A stretch of DNA of 64,000 bases from contig NW_005201192.1 in the NCBI RefSeq assembly GCF_000372725.1, positions 62,001 through 126,000 on the forward strand, given 5' to 3'. Positions 1 through 11,776 of this stretch are shown in pieces. Below the pieces are notes generated by a model. That model did not search any database, was not told the origin of the DNA, and saw only the letters and a list, made by a program, of their open reading frames with translations. This DNA comes from Emiliania huxleyi CCMP1516 (Eukaryota). How positions within the stretch are numbered: the first letter of the stretch is position 1; each line of letters begins with the position of its first letter. The position numbers and the translations under genes were made by a program.

Positions 1-1774
1 GCGCAGCTCCGCGCCGGCTGCCTCCTTGGCCGCGAAACGCTCCTCCGCCTGCCGCAACCGCTCCGCGCCGGCGGCCGCCTCGCGGCTCCCTTCCGCGCGC
101 GCAGCCTCGAGCCTCTCCCGCGCCATCTCCAGCTCGTGTGCGCGCCTACAGCGCCGAGCAGACGCGCGCAGTCACTCTTGCCCCACACCGCACGCGAGCG
201 CCGCGCAAAGCCACGCGCCCAGTCAGCTCGCGCTCCGCCGCAGCCGCCGCCGCCGCCCGCTCGGCCGCCGCTGCCGCACCCGCGCGGGCGAGCCACGGCA
301 GCAGGTGGTTGCGTGCGGCGATGGTGGTGGTGAAGGCGGCACATGGCCCGTCCGCGGCGGCTTCAGCGCCGTCCAGCATCGCCGTCGCCGCCGCCGCAGC
401 GTCCGTGTCGCCGGAAGCGGCCGGCAGCGCCGCCGCCGCAGCGTCGGCGGCACGCGTGGCGCTCTCGAGCGAGGCGCGCCACGCCTCGCGCCGCGCCCGC
501 GCCGCCTCCTCGCACAAGTCGGACTGGAGCTCGGTGCGGGCCGCCGCCGCCGCCGCGCCGCCCACGGCGCGCGCGTCGAACTCCTCCAGACCGGCGACGA
601 TGGCGGCGCACGCGCCGTCCGCCCACTCGCCCGCGTCGGGCGGTGGGGTGGACGAGGCGACGTCGGCGAGCCGCCGCCGCGCGGCGGCGAGCGCGCCGTC
701 GGCGGCGGCGCGGCACCTCTCCTCCACCACCGACTCCCACGCGCCCCTGATCGAAGGCACCACTCCTTCGGTGTTCATCGCCGCCGTGTACTGCCGCGCG
801 AGCGCCACCAGCATGCTCCCGTCGAGCGGCTCGCCGAGCAGCGCCTTGGGCGGCGCCGTGCCGAGGATGCGCTGCTTGAGCGCGCTCATCCCCTCGACGA
901 ACTGCGGCCGCAGCTGCGACGCCTCGAGGCCGATCGCGCGGCGCACGTCCGCCTCCTCCGCCGCCGGCCGCACCTGCTCACAGCTGCGCGCGTGAAGGGA
1001 CGCGCTCCACAGCCCGCCCGCCGCCTCAACCTGCCGCGCCAGAGTCGCGCACGAGCGGCTCGGGAAGAGGTCGCGGATCGCAGCGCGCGTCTCGTTCCGC
1101 TCGGCTGCGCGCCGCGCTGTCGACGGGCGGGGCTCCAGCGCCCGCTCCATGTAGGCGTCCGGCGCGAGAGGCTGCCCGTCCGCATCGCGCATGTCGACCA
1201 CAAAGTCGCGCAGCAGCCAGAGGAAGGGAGGGAAGAAGGAGGCGAGCTCCGCCGCCCCGCCGCCGCCGCCGGCTGGCCCCTCTGCGGCGGCCGCCGAGAC
1301 GGAGATGTGCTTCGAGAGCTCGCCGATCAGGTAGAGCCGGTCGACGGCCGCTTCGTCGATGACGCCCATCGAGTTGAGCACGAAGTAGCTCGAGAGCAGC
1401 AGCGAGAGCGCAAAGACCTGCGCGTCGTACGCCTCGTCCTGCTCCATCGACGCGAGGCCCTCTGTATCGAGCAGCACGAGAGAGCCGCGCCTGCACTGGC
1501 CTGCGTCGCCGTCGGGCACGCACACGTCGATGCCGCGCGTGCACGACTCGGTCGTCGAGCCGACGCGGAAGCCCGCCTTCGCGCGCGCCGCCGTGTTGCC
1601 GGCCAGGGTGTTCAGGAAGAAGCTCTTTCCGGTCCGGTAGAGCCCGGCGACAGCGACGACAACGATTGGGGCCTCAATCCGCTGCAGCAGCTGCGCGCCC
1701 TCCGGCTGGATCTCCCACTTGCCCGCCTCGCCGAGTCGGACGAAGGGCGCGGCGCTCGCGCTACCGCCGCTCAT
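1..1774 (-). CDS. Guanylate-binding protein (GBP)/atlastin-family large GTPase; 3' end probably runs off the window
   Basis: P-loop VAGLYRTGKS, switch TESCTRGI, LLDTEG, DAQVFALSLLLSS, FLWLLRDF, then an Ala-rich helical/coiled-coil tail. ATG at 1774. Inferred in-frame GC-AG intron 974-1039 restores CATL|VRP. Confidence 0.92.
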
Positions 1775-1933
1775 GTTTAGGCTGGATCGCAGGCTCGGGG
1801 GGGCGCCAGGCGCGCGGTGCACCGAATTTTCTTTTGACCTCTTCTTTTGACGGCCTCTTTTTTGTGGTGCTAGTCCGTGCCAGTCTGCTGTGAGAGGCGC
1901 TTGTTTTTTAAGAATCTTTTGACCGACAAGACT

Positions 1934-1966
1934 GGAGCACTGGATAGGGTCGATTCCGCATGGTAC
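1934..1966 (-). mobile_element. Short SINE/LINE 3'-end fragment (family D)
   Basis: Reverse complement of ATGCGGAATCGACCCTATCCAGTGCTC, also seen near 14193 and 54075. Confidence 0.6.
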
Positions 1967-2397
1967 GTCAACCTTTCACAGCCTTGTTAGAGAGAGAGAG
2001 ATTTTCAATACCAAACAACTCTAACACTCACACGTCATTTTTTGGTTTGTTTGCCTTGTTATGAGAAGAAAACACGTCCTATGGCGCTTCACACGCACAC
2101 ACGGCACACAGCTCAACAACAACTCGGGTATTGCTAAAAATCTCTCACAGCTCACAGGGGTCACAGCACACAGGTAGCTGCCATTTTTTGTTGTAGCTAT
2201 GAACGGTCAAAAGGTTCCCTGTACTTCTACGTTTACGGTCTGGGACCACTTTTGTTTTCACCAAGAGCAAGACGAGGCATATATTAGACCGACCGTCAGA
2301 GACTGAGAGAACAAAGGAGTGTGGCCTGCCGCACAGTACCCACAGGCGGTGGCAGCAGATGGGCGGGCCGCAGGGCTCCCGCCAGCAACGCGTTCCG

Positions 2398-3479
2398 CTA
2401 AGGAGCCGCGGCCGACGGCTGCGGTCGCTGGATCATATTCCTGACGGCGGCGACGGCCTTATCCACCCAGCGCAGCACATACCGGTCGAGGGCTGCGCGC
2501 GACTGGGCGAAAGAGGCCAGCTGCAGCGCCGTCCTCGGCCCCTCGTAGCCGGACGCCTTCCCCCTGGCCATGAACTTCACGGTCGGGTACCCCTTGATGC
2601 CGAGGGCGCGGGCAACCTCGGGTGCACGATCGCAGTCCACGGCGACGACCCGCACTCCTGCTCCAGGAAGGGGCACGGGTGAGACCTGGCGGAGGGAGAG
2701 GAGGGAGGGGGGAGGGGGGAGGGGGGGGGGGAGGGAGGGGGGAAGGGCGGAGGGGGGAGGGGGAAGGGCGGAGGGCGGAGGGCGGAGGGGGGAGCGCCTG
2801 AGCCACGGAGCTTGCTGGCCGCCTTGGCGACCTCGGGCACCATCTTCTTGCAGTGGCCGCACCAGGGCGCGAAGAAGACAACGAGGGCGGGCGCGGCATC
2901 CGCCGAAGAGAGCTGCGCTGCGAAGCCACGGCCGTCGAGCACATCGACGCCCGTCCCTGCGTACTCTGGACTGTGGATGGTCCCAACGCCGCCGCCGCCG
3001 CCACCACCACTAGCAGCAGCAGACGCAGCCCCGCCGGCAGCCGCAGCCCCGCTCGCAGCCGCAGCCGCAGCCGCAGCCCCGCCACTGCCCGCCGATGGCT
3101 GGGGCGGTGCAGTCGAGCTGCTGCCCTTTGTGCGAACGACCGAGTCGAGGCCGAGCTCCTTGAAGGCGGCGGCAATCTGGTCGAGCGTCTCGCGCGGGCC
3201 CTCCATGACTACCGCCTTGCCCTCCGCAGCAACCCTCTGGAGGATTCCTGCGGCGTCATGCTGCGAGGCGCCCAGCTGTAGGAAGACTTGCCCTGCGGCC
3301 TGCATCTCTGCCGTGCCACCGCGCAAAAGCTCAAGCTCATGTGGTGCCTCCGCTGCGGCTGCTGCTGGCGGCTCGGCGTTGCCTGCCGCTGCCTGCGCAC
3401 CGGTCACCTTGGACTCCGCGATGCGCGACTCCTGCGCACCGGCCAGCGACACGAGCAGGAGAAGGACGGCAGCCATCAT
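2398..3479 (-). CDS. Secreted thioredoxin/PDI-like protein (WCGHC) with an N-terminal ClpS-like domain
   Basis: Signal peptide MMAAVLLLLVSLAGA; FFAPWCGHCKKM, then VAVDCD..GIKGYPTVKF..YEGPRTA; inferred GC-AG intron 2658-2797. Confidence 0.9.
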
Positions 3480-3639
3480 GCTCGTCTTCTCTGGCTCGCG
3501 ACCGTGGCACAGGGAGGGCAAATGGAGAAAGCAGCGCGGCGTCAGTGCGTTGGCGAGAGATATGGTGAGGGGGGGTCTACTCAAGTGCCTGCGCGAGTGC
3601 GTGAGGGTGGTGGTGTGGGGCGTGCAGTGTGGTGTTCAT

Positions 3640-3864
3640 TAGCTCCGAGTAGAGGGGGCGTCCTGCCAGTTAAGGGGAAGGCAACTCGGTCGGTATGTTA
3701 ATTAACCCTCGGAGACCTGTGTTTACTTTACGGCCTTTCCCTGCGAACGCGCACCCCCCAGGGCTAGGGCTCTCTAGCCCGTAACCCGATGCCGATCATC
3801 CGGCCCGCTGGGTGCGCTTCTTAGATCTAGCTCCCCGGCCCTGGATGTGAGGTTACTAACTGCA
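3640..3864 (+). mobile_element. Dispersed ~230-bp repeat, family A copy 1 (probable retroelement 3' UTR/SINE)
   Basis: Clear similarity to the reverse complements of 25406-25645 and 60446-60690. Confidence 0.8.
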
Positions 3865-5081
3865 GGGGTCGTGGGTGGGGCTGGACGTATCCTTTGCGTT
3901 TTCCCCAAACTGTAACTGTAAAGATAGAGGGAGAGAAAAGGGAAAAGGAACAAGATACCTAAGGGAGAGAAAAGGGACAGAGAGAGACTACGCGTTCGGT
4001 GAAAACAGACGATTAATCGAGTACGAGGTACCAGTAGTATCGGAGTTTTGCGCTATTGAAGAGGTGTGAACGTGAACAGAGTCATACCAACACCGTGGCT
4101 CGTTACGGCACGCATGGGGGGCCTCCCGGACGTATGATCCTAGTCCAATAAGTCCCACAGAGCACATTTCGATTTTTGACAGAATTAAATGCACTGCCCG
4201 GGCACGGTACTAATGGTCGTAGTTTTGTGCCGGGTGCCCTTCACGGCACCACACCGCCGCAAGACAGCCCGAGATTAGCCTAGCAGTGAGTGGGCATCTC
4301 CTGCTGGACGGCTAGGCACGAGCCACGCACTTGGGCGGCCGTCAACCGAGTCCGAGCGGCGCCTGAGGTGGGTGCCACGGCGTCTGCACGAAGGCGTGGC
4401 AGGGTGAGGATCCAGGAGTGGTGAACACCTCCCCGTCGGGCGCGCAGCGCGCCGGATGGTCCGCCGAGGCCGCCGCCGCCCCGGCGGCGGCGATGGGGGC
4501 GGCGGGGCCGACCCGGCCGGCGTTTGTCGGCTCCACCTACAGAAGAGCAGTCTCTGTGGGTCGACGATACTAACTCGGTAGTAACGCGGAGCGGTGCTGT
4601 GCGGCGCCGAGTCGTGCGAGAGGCGACCTCCTGAGGCTACCTGAGCTGGCAATGGATGCCACCAGGACGCACGGCTAGCAGGAGCCAGTCAGGCATGCCC
4701 TGCTGTGGAGCAGAGCTGGCTGGCGCACCGGCGATACTAACTCAGCGCGCCGCGAGAGGCAAATCTGGGCGACTTTGGAGGCGCAGTTCTCGAGCTTGCC
4801 GTCGACGATTGATGTCGGGTAAACTGTCACTGCCGTCCGGGATGGTCTTCTCTCAGGAGGCCGAGCGCCGTGGCCTGGCTCGGCTCGCCGCGGAGGCACG
4901 AATTTATCGTGCACAAAACTCCCGAGACCTCGATACTAACAAAACTCCGACCACTGCGGGACGCGGCCACGAAAGGTGTGCAGACCCCAGTTCCGGCGGA
5001 CGCAGCGAGCGTCGGGACTCCGTCCCAGCAGACGAAGTCTTCCTCGTGGGCTCCACGGCCCGGATCGCGAGCTCGATCGAT

Positions 5082-5841
5082 ACGCGACGCGCTCGGCCTC
5101 CGCTGGCGGCTGCCGCAAGAGCGGCTGGCTCACGGCAGCGTCTCGCCGGTTGCCGGATAGGAGAGTACAGAACGTCTGGAGTGTAACTGTGTACGTGAGA
5201 TCGGTTTTGATAACAAGCACGGTCGATCCGTCAAAGCGATACACTCGTTCCTATCTCGCTGGGGGGCTGGCACGGAGCTCTGTGCCGACAAACAGGAAGA
5301 GCCGAGCGGCAAGAAGGGCTCGATGGGGAGCGAGAACCGTCAGAAGAGCTTGAGGTGTAACCTGAAGTCCGTCGTGACGCTCTTGTTTCCCCCCAGGTTT
5401 GACCGCGCAGCTTCCAAAACTCGACGATATCTTCCGGAAAGACTGAACCTCCCGCAGAGCGGCAGCATGAGAGGCGCAGAGAGGCTGCGAGTGCTCGACG
5501 AGTCTTGCGAGCTGCGCGTTCAAACCGGGGGGGGAACCGACTGCATCAGGGTGGACTTCCGAAACCTCCGTGAGCACGTTTGACGGTTCTCGCTCCCCAT
5601 CGAGCCCTTCTTGCCGCTCGGCTCTTCCTGTTTGTCGGCACAGAGCTCCGTGCCAGCCCTCCAGCGAGATAGGAACGAGTGTATCGCTTTGACGGATCGA
5701 CCGTGCTTGTTATCAAAACCGATCTCACGTACACAGTTACACTCCAGACGTTCTGTACTCTCCTATCCGGCAACCGGCGAGACGCTGCCGTGAGCCAGCC
5801 GCTCTTGCGGCAGCCGCCAGCGGAGGCCGAGCGCGTCGCGT
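5082..5841. repeat. Long inverted repeat: 261-bp arms (5082-5342, 5581-5841) with a 238-bp spacer
   Basis: Arms are near-perfect reverse complements (one mismatch seen); mirrored ORFs appear in the ORF track. Confidence 0.95.
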
Positions 5842-5991
5842 GAGTTGAAATCGATGTGGCGAGTCGACCGCCAGTCCGCACGATGGCACTGCGACCGCGG
5901 CGGCTGCCGGCGAGGGCAGCAGCGGCGCGCGCGAGGCGGCAGCGTAATCGGGTCCGAAGTCCGGACCCGATTTGGGGTCTACACGCCTTCT

Positions 5992-6835
5992 AAAAGAAAG
6001 AAAGAAAACACACAACCCAAGGGAGGGATGGGAGAACGGCACGCCGCCACCACACAGGGATTTTAAGGAGAGGAGGGTGTGATGCGCTAGCCGTCGCCCA
6101 CCCTGGGGGGTCTGCCTCCTCGTATCTCTTTTCGCAGTCTCTCGCCGCTTCTCGCTGCAACCTTCATGCCACCCCGCGGCTGTCCCACTCTCGTCGTTCT
6201 CTCCCTTGTCACTTCCCCCTCTGTCGCGTCGTTCTCTTCTGCCTCGTCCTGCGACGCCGCCGCCTGCCGGTCCCTTGTTCTCGCGGCTTCTTTCGCCTCT
6301 CGGCGCAACTCCGTCCTCCTTGCGGCGTATCCTGGCCCCTCGAGTCTATCGAGCTCCCCTCGCGCAAGGACCACATTTCTGACTCCCACTCCGATCATTT
6401 GCCTCCAAGTCATGTTGTTGCTCAGGTCCACTCTCTCTTCGAACACTCGTGCCTCTACGGATGATGCCGGCGCTGGGGTCCCCTTCGGATGCATCGTGAC
6501 ATCTGACAACTGAATTTCCACTGGTTCGTCCTCCTCTGAGTCATCTTCCCCGTCCTCCTTCCGCTCGGCTCTTCGCTCGGTACGTTCGGTGTGGCTCACC
6601 CTCCATGCCGTGAACAGGCGTTTTATCCACCCTATATTCTTCTCTCGTTCCTCTGCCCGTGCCTTGGTCTTGTCGTTGTTTCGCACCCATGTCTGTATGG
6701 CAATCGAGGCTGCCTTCCCCACTACCTGTAGTTCACTCGTCACCTCTCCCGCGAGCTCCCTTCTCTTTCTTTCGGGTATGGATCTACACGCCTTCTCCCC
6801 GAGTGGTACTACGGGTCTCGAGATTTTCGCCATGG
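5992..6835 (-). mobile_element. 5'-truncated retroelement-like fragment (family B): ORF C-terminus ending VGDG*, 3' UTR and (TTTC)n tail
   Basis: The UTR (plus strand CCCAAGGGAGGGATGGGAG..CGCCGCCACCACACAGGGATTTTA) recurs near 44945, 51435 and 60770; ORF segments recur at 44669-44870. Confidence 0.7.
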
Positions 6836-6932
6836 GAGGGAGACGCGTTCGTCGGCGAAAGACAAAACGCACGCGCGGGCAGGGTTCGAACTGTGCGTGG
6901 GCTCGGCATGACCGAGACAACACCGATCCCCA

Positions 6933-7630
6933 TGACCGAGACAACACCGATCCCGGTGCTTGGCGTCAATTTTGAGGGCGGCAAGCACGTCGCCGAGGCC
7001 GCTTCATCGCCATCCTGCGTTGCCGCCTACAACTGTCAGGTCTCAATGGATGCGCCGTTTGAAGAGGGCCAAGCAGCCCCGGAGCACCTGCGTCAGCTGG
7101 GGCGCACGGAGCAACGACTGGGTGTTCTGGACTCACAACTGCAAGAGCAGCTCCGCCCAGTATTCGCTGAGGCGGCTTCAAAGGCGTCCGCTGCAGGCGC
7201 GTGGATCGTCGTACAAATCACACGTGGCCGCTCCGCACATGCCTTTTTTCTTGCGGTCGTGGAGCCCTTGCTCGCCGAACTGAAGGCCATTCCGCGCTGT
7301 GATGTTCGCACGGGCTACCGCTCTGCCGATCACTCGCTCGCGTTGTCCGAGCCGTTCGTTTTCATCACCGTCGGCATGTTCGGACGCCTTACTCCGGGCG
7401 TCTCACCAGGCGTGGTGCACGCGGTGGAAACCACTTTCGTCGTTGACGACGCGTCGACTCCTGCCGAGCCACGGCGAGCTGTGTGCCTTCAGCACGCTAC
7501 GCATGACGAAGCGCTGAAGCTGCTGCCACCTTGCCGGATGATAAGCTTGCCCGACCACTTTCCGTTTGTGACACCAGAGGAGTACGTGCGAGACAGACTA
7601 ATCGGGATTGCGTCAGCAGGTTCTGTATAG
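6933..7630 (+). CDS. Hypothetical protein (~230 aa); start region duplicated as a 24-bp tandem
   Basis: Open frame with globular-looking composition; no recognised motif. Confidence 0.45.
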
Positions 7631-7940
7631 AGAATAGACACCTCGCAAATGCCGCGCTTGCCCGCACCCCGGCGCCACTTCTCAGTAAGTAATGGGCCGC
7701 CGAGAGGCCGTGGGGGGCGGCCTCTTTCGCCATAAAAACTGTTGGGCCCCAACTCGTCGCGCGATCGCTACACGCCAACGCGGCGTGCGTACTAGCCTGG
7801 TACCCCTATGCGGAGCGCTCGGAGGGGGGCGCGCTGCGCCCTGCTCTCTACCGCTGCCACCCGTTTGAGCGCGCCCGCGCTCTATACTGTTATACGCAAT
7901 ACGGGACTCGCGACGAACGAAAGGACACTCCCATCAGATC

Positions 7941-10720
7941 TCAACAAAGCATCGCCCTCTGCAGAGCGTCGCGCGTGCCGCGGCCCTTCTCTTGTTCAGC
8001 CTGGATGGCCCGTTGTAGACGCTTCATGCCGAGGTCAAGCGGCTTGCCGGCGGCAGTGGCGGCGTCGGGGTCGCTGAGCACGGCCGCGGCGACCGCGTGA
8101 TAGATGGCGTTGGCAATGCGCGCAACGTTGAACCCGTGACTCTCTTTCGCGAGCAGGTCGAAGTCAACCAAGCCGGCGCAAGCGGGCGGCAACAGCATGC
8201 GCCACAGCCGCCCGCGGGTCGCCTCGTCGGGGAGCTCAAACTGGACGACGGCGCGCATCGCGGCGAGGAGCGTTGGGGCGAGGGCGTGCACGACCGCGTC
8301 GTACTTGTCATACGAAGAGCAGCAGAGCAGCACGACTCCCGGATAGCGCGCCGTCTCGTGGAGCAGCAGCTCGAGCAGCTTGGGCTCGGCGCTGCCGCCC
8401 TGCAGCCCGCCACCCTCGCCATCGACGCCAGTGATGACGAGGACGGCGTCGGCGAGCCTCGCCTCACGGAAGAGCGAGGCCACGCCGTCGTTCGCCTTGG
8501 CGCCTCGCCGCGCCTCGCCGCTAAGCAGCTGCGCCAGATGCACCAGCTTGACCGGCCGTCCGAGCTCAAAGGCGAGCGCCTCGGCAGCGGCGCGCTTGCC
8601 GCAGCCGGGCGGGCCCCAGAAGAGCGCCGTGGTGCCGCCACGGGGCGTGTGCACGCTGCGCTCCCCGCCGCCGCTCTCATCGTCGCCCCACAAGCCACCG
8701 GCGATCACGAGACGCGCCCTCTCGAGCGCGACGAGCGAGCGGAGCGCCCCGAGCAGCGGCGGCTTCACGACGAGGTCGTCGAGCGACCGGGAAGGGACCA
8801 GGCGGCCGTGACCCGCGTCCAGGTCCGCGCCCAGCAGGGCGCCGCGCATTTGCTCGCGACAGCCAGTAATAAGGTCGTCCTGCGTGATCGCGGGATGCCT
8901 GGGCTCGCGGCTGATCGCAGCGAGGAGGGCGGCAAGCACCTACAGCACGTCAGAAAGGACGTCAAAAAGCAGCGGTGCGACGGACCCGACCCCACAGCCC
9001 GCCCGAGCACCGCGTTCCGGATGTACCCGCCCGTCATCTCGAACTTGGCCGCGATCTCGGCGAGCTCAACGCCGTCGGCGAGAGCAATGCCCTCCGCCCG
9101 CGTCAGCCGCCGCCAAATCTGCAGCCGCTGGACGTGATTTGGCGCGGGAAGCTCGAAGACGCAGCGGATGCGGCGGAACATCGCCTCGTCCAAGTCCTGC
9201 GGCCGGTTGGTGGCCAGGAAGCACACGCCGTCGAAGCGCTCAATCTCGGTGAGGAGCTCGGTCATCTCTGAGGAGCCCCCGTGGCTGCGCTTGGCGAAGA
9301 GCGACTCGCACTCGTCGAAGAAGACGACTGCGCCCTGCAGCTCGGCCTCGCGGAAGATCGACTGCGCCGTCGACGCCGCCGTCCTGGTTGACTGGGCGAG
9401 CACCGGAAAGTTGACCAGCAGCACCTTCTTGCCCATCTGCCGCGCCACCGCGTTGGCCGTCATCGTCTTGCCGCTCCCACTCGGCCCGCAGAGCAGCAGC
9501 ACGAGCCCGTCGGGCTGCGGGATGTCCTTGGAGAGGCCGACCCGCTTATTGTATGCCTTGAGCTGCCCGTGGCTGGTCAGCATCCGGAGCAACTTGGTGC
9601 GCACCGCCTCGGGCAGCACCACGTCGCCGAGCTCGACGCTCGGCGAGTAGAGGCTCGCGCTCTCGGCCACCTCCGTCGACTCGTCCTCGAGGCCGACCAG
9701 GCAGTCGAGCACCCTCCTGTCGAGCTTGACCAGCATGTCGGTCAGGTCGTCGCGGCTTTGGTAGCGGTCGTTGTTCAGGCGGATCAGCCCCTTCTTCACC
9801 AGCCTCGCGCTCTTGTAAAAGTAGACCCGCTTCGAGACCTGCGCGCAAGAGGCAAGGAGCGCGTGGCGAAGGCGTGTGGTGGCCATGAGCACGCGCTCCG
9901 TAGAGCGCGCCTGCTCGTGGAACGACATCGTGAAGACCTGCAGGATGCGGCCGACGGAGAGCCGGTCGCTGTCGTACGCGTGCGAGCCAGAGGTCTGAGC
10001 CAGCAACTGCTTGACGACCGGCGAGATGGTGTAGCCGCACGTGATGAGCAGCACACTCTTCTCAAAGCCGTCGAGCTGCAGGCTCGCGCAGAGCGCCTCG
10101 AGTCGCGGCACACCGAGCTTGCCCGCGCACGCGAGCCGTGCGCTGATCCGCGCCTCGCTGATGCGCAGCTTCGCCTACGGTCGGCACCGACGCGTCCGGC
10201 AGGAGGAGAGCTGCAGAGGAGCCGGACGGCCTCCCGCCTGCAGCTCGGCCAGATTGACCTTCTTGCTCTTGCCCTCCCACGGCGCGGGGGTGTCGTCGAC
10301 CTCGGCCTGCTTGACGCGTCGCTTCTGCACCTCCGCCGCCACCTGGATGCGCTGCACGAGCGTGGCGAACTGGTCGTCGAGGTACTCCAGCTCCTGAGAG
10401 GGCGCGCGACGACAGCGGCCAAGTCAGAGCTCTGGCACCGCAGCCGCGCTGCCGACGCGCCGAGAGGCAAGCGCCGAATCGTAGCCGCGAAGCTCGTCCC
10501 CCGCAGCGGCCACCGCGGCGGCTGCCCCGTCGGCCACCGCCTCCGCCTCTGCAGCCGCAAACGTCCGCGAGCCGGCCGCCGCTCGCGCAAGCACCGCCGC
10601 GAGATCGGCGTCCGCGTCGGGATCGGCCCGCTCCTCCTCAACGGCCTGGTCTCCCGCCACCGCCGCTTCAGCCGCTTCCGCTTCCGCCGCCGCTTCCGCT
10701 TTCGCTTCTGCTTCCGTCGC

Positions 10721-10766
<46 letters not shown>

Positions 10767-11776
10767 CCGTGCTGCTCGCTCGCGGCGGTCCCTCCGGGCA
10801 GCGGCTGCGGCTCGGCGGGCGGAGCGCCCTCGAGGCTGTCGAGGGCCATCAGCAGCTTCGTGCCGCTCAGCTTGAGGCGCAGCCGGTCCAGCTTCACCTG
10901 TAGGGCAGCACTCGGCTGAGGGCTCGAGGCGCGAGACCTGCCCTCGGCGGAGAGCGCGGCCACCCGCTTGGCCTCGGCTCGGGTCCTGGCCGCCGCAGCC
11001 TCGCCCTCGACGCCGCCCGTACTGCCGGGCACGAGGTACGGCCGCCGGTACGAGTCCGGCCTCGCCTCTGCGCGCAGACCGTTGACGATGGCGTCGCACG
11101 CCTCGAAGGAGAGCGAGGCGGTCTGGCGGGAGGAGTAGTCCTCGTCGACGTGAATGATGCCCTCCTTGATGTGTGGCCGCTCCTCGTCGTAAAAGGCGGC
11201 GAGTTCGAGGGAGCTGGCGTCGCAGAGCAGCGCCGGAAGCAGCGCCTGGTCGGCCTCGAAGCTGTCCGACCCGAGGCAGCCGCTGAAGAGAGCGGTGCGG
11301 TGGCTGCGTTGCAACACGAGCAGAGTCAGCGCGACGGCCTCCTTCTCGCTGAGCGCGTATGCGGCCGCCACCGACAGCACGCGAGGCGGTGGCGATGTGA
11401 GCTCCAGCCGCGCAACGCATGTGGCGGCGTGCGATCGCTGCATCTCCTTGATCGCCGCAACGCGTGCGGCGGTCTCGCCGGGAGTGCACTCCGGCGAAGC
11501 CGCCGCCGCCGGCGATTTCTCCTTGTGCGGCGGGCTGCGGCCGCAACCTACGACCTGTGTGCGCAGACTGCTTAGCGCCTGCACGTACAGGCTCTGCAGC
11601 GTGAAGTGGAGCTCGGCGGCAAGCAGGTGCTCGCGGTCGTCGTCGAACGGCTCGTCCGCTCGACGGGATAGCACAGCCTCAAAGCACGGCTCCGTGTGAA
11701 GGAGGTGGAGCAGAGGGTCGCCCTCTGTCATCGGCACCTTTCGATTCTCAGGAGAGCAGAGGGTCGGCCTCTGCAT
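7941..11776 (-). CDS. Multi-exon AAA+ ATPase with two AAA modules (first intact, second degenerate) and winged-helix-like N-terminal segments
   Basis: Walker A GPSGSGKT, Walker B VVFFDECE, sensor/SRH LATNRPQDLDEAMFRRI; second module GPPGCGKR with no acidic Walker B; pieces span several ORFs joined by introns. Confidence 0.9.

Noticed and set aside
26..1780. 584-aa plus-strand ORF and similar antisense ORFs over GC-rich genes
   Set aside because: Antisense shadows of genuine genes caused by high GC3.
5251..5577. Faint DUF1810-like wording (LARLVE..ALREVQSFRK)
   Set aside because: The conserved HWMW/FPQ motifs are absent; too weak to call.
6875..6900. tRNA/B-box-like GGTTCGAAC
   Set aside because: No T-stem pairing or cloverleaf around it.
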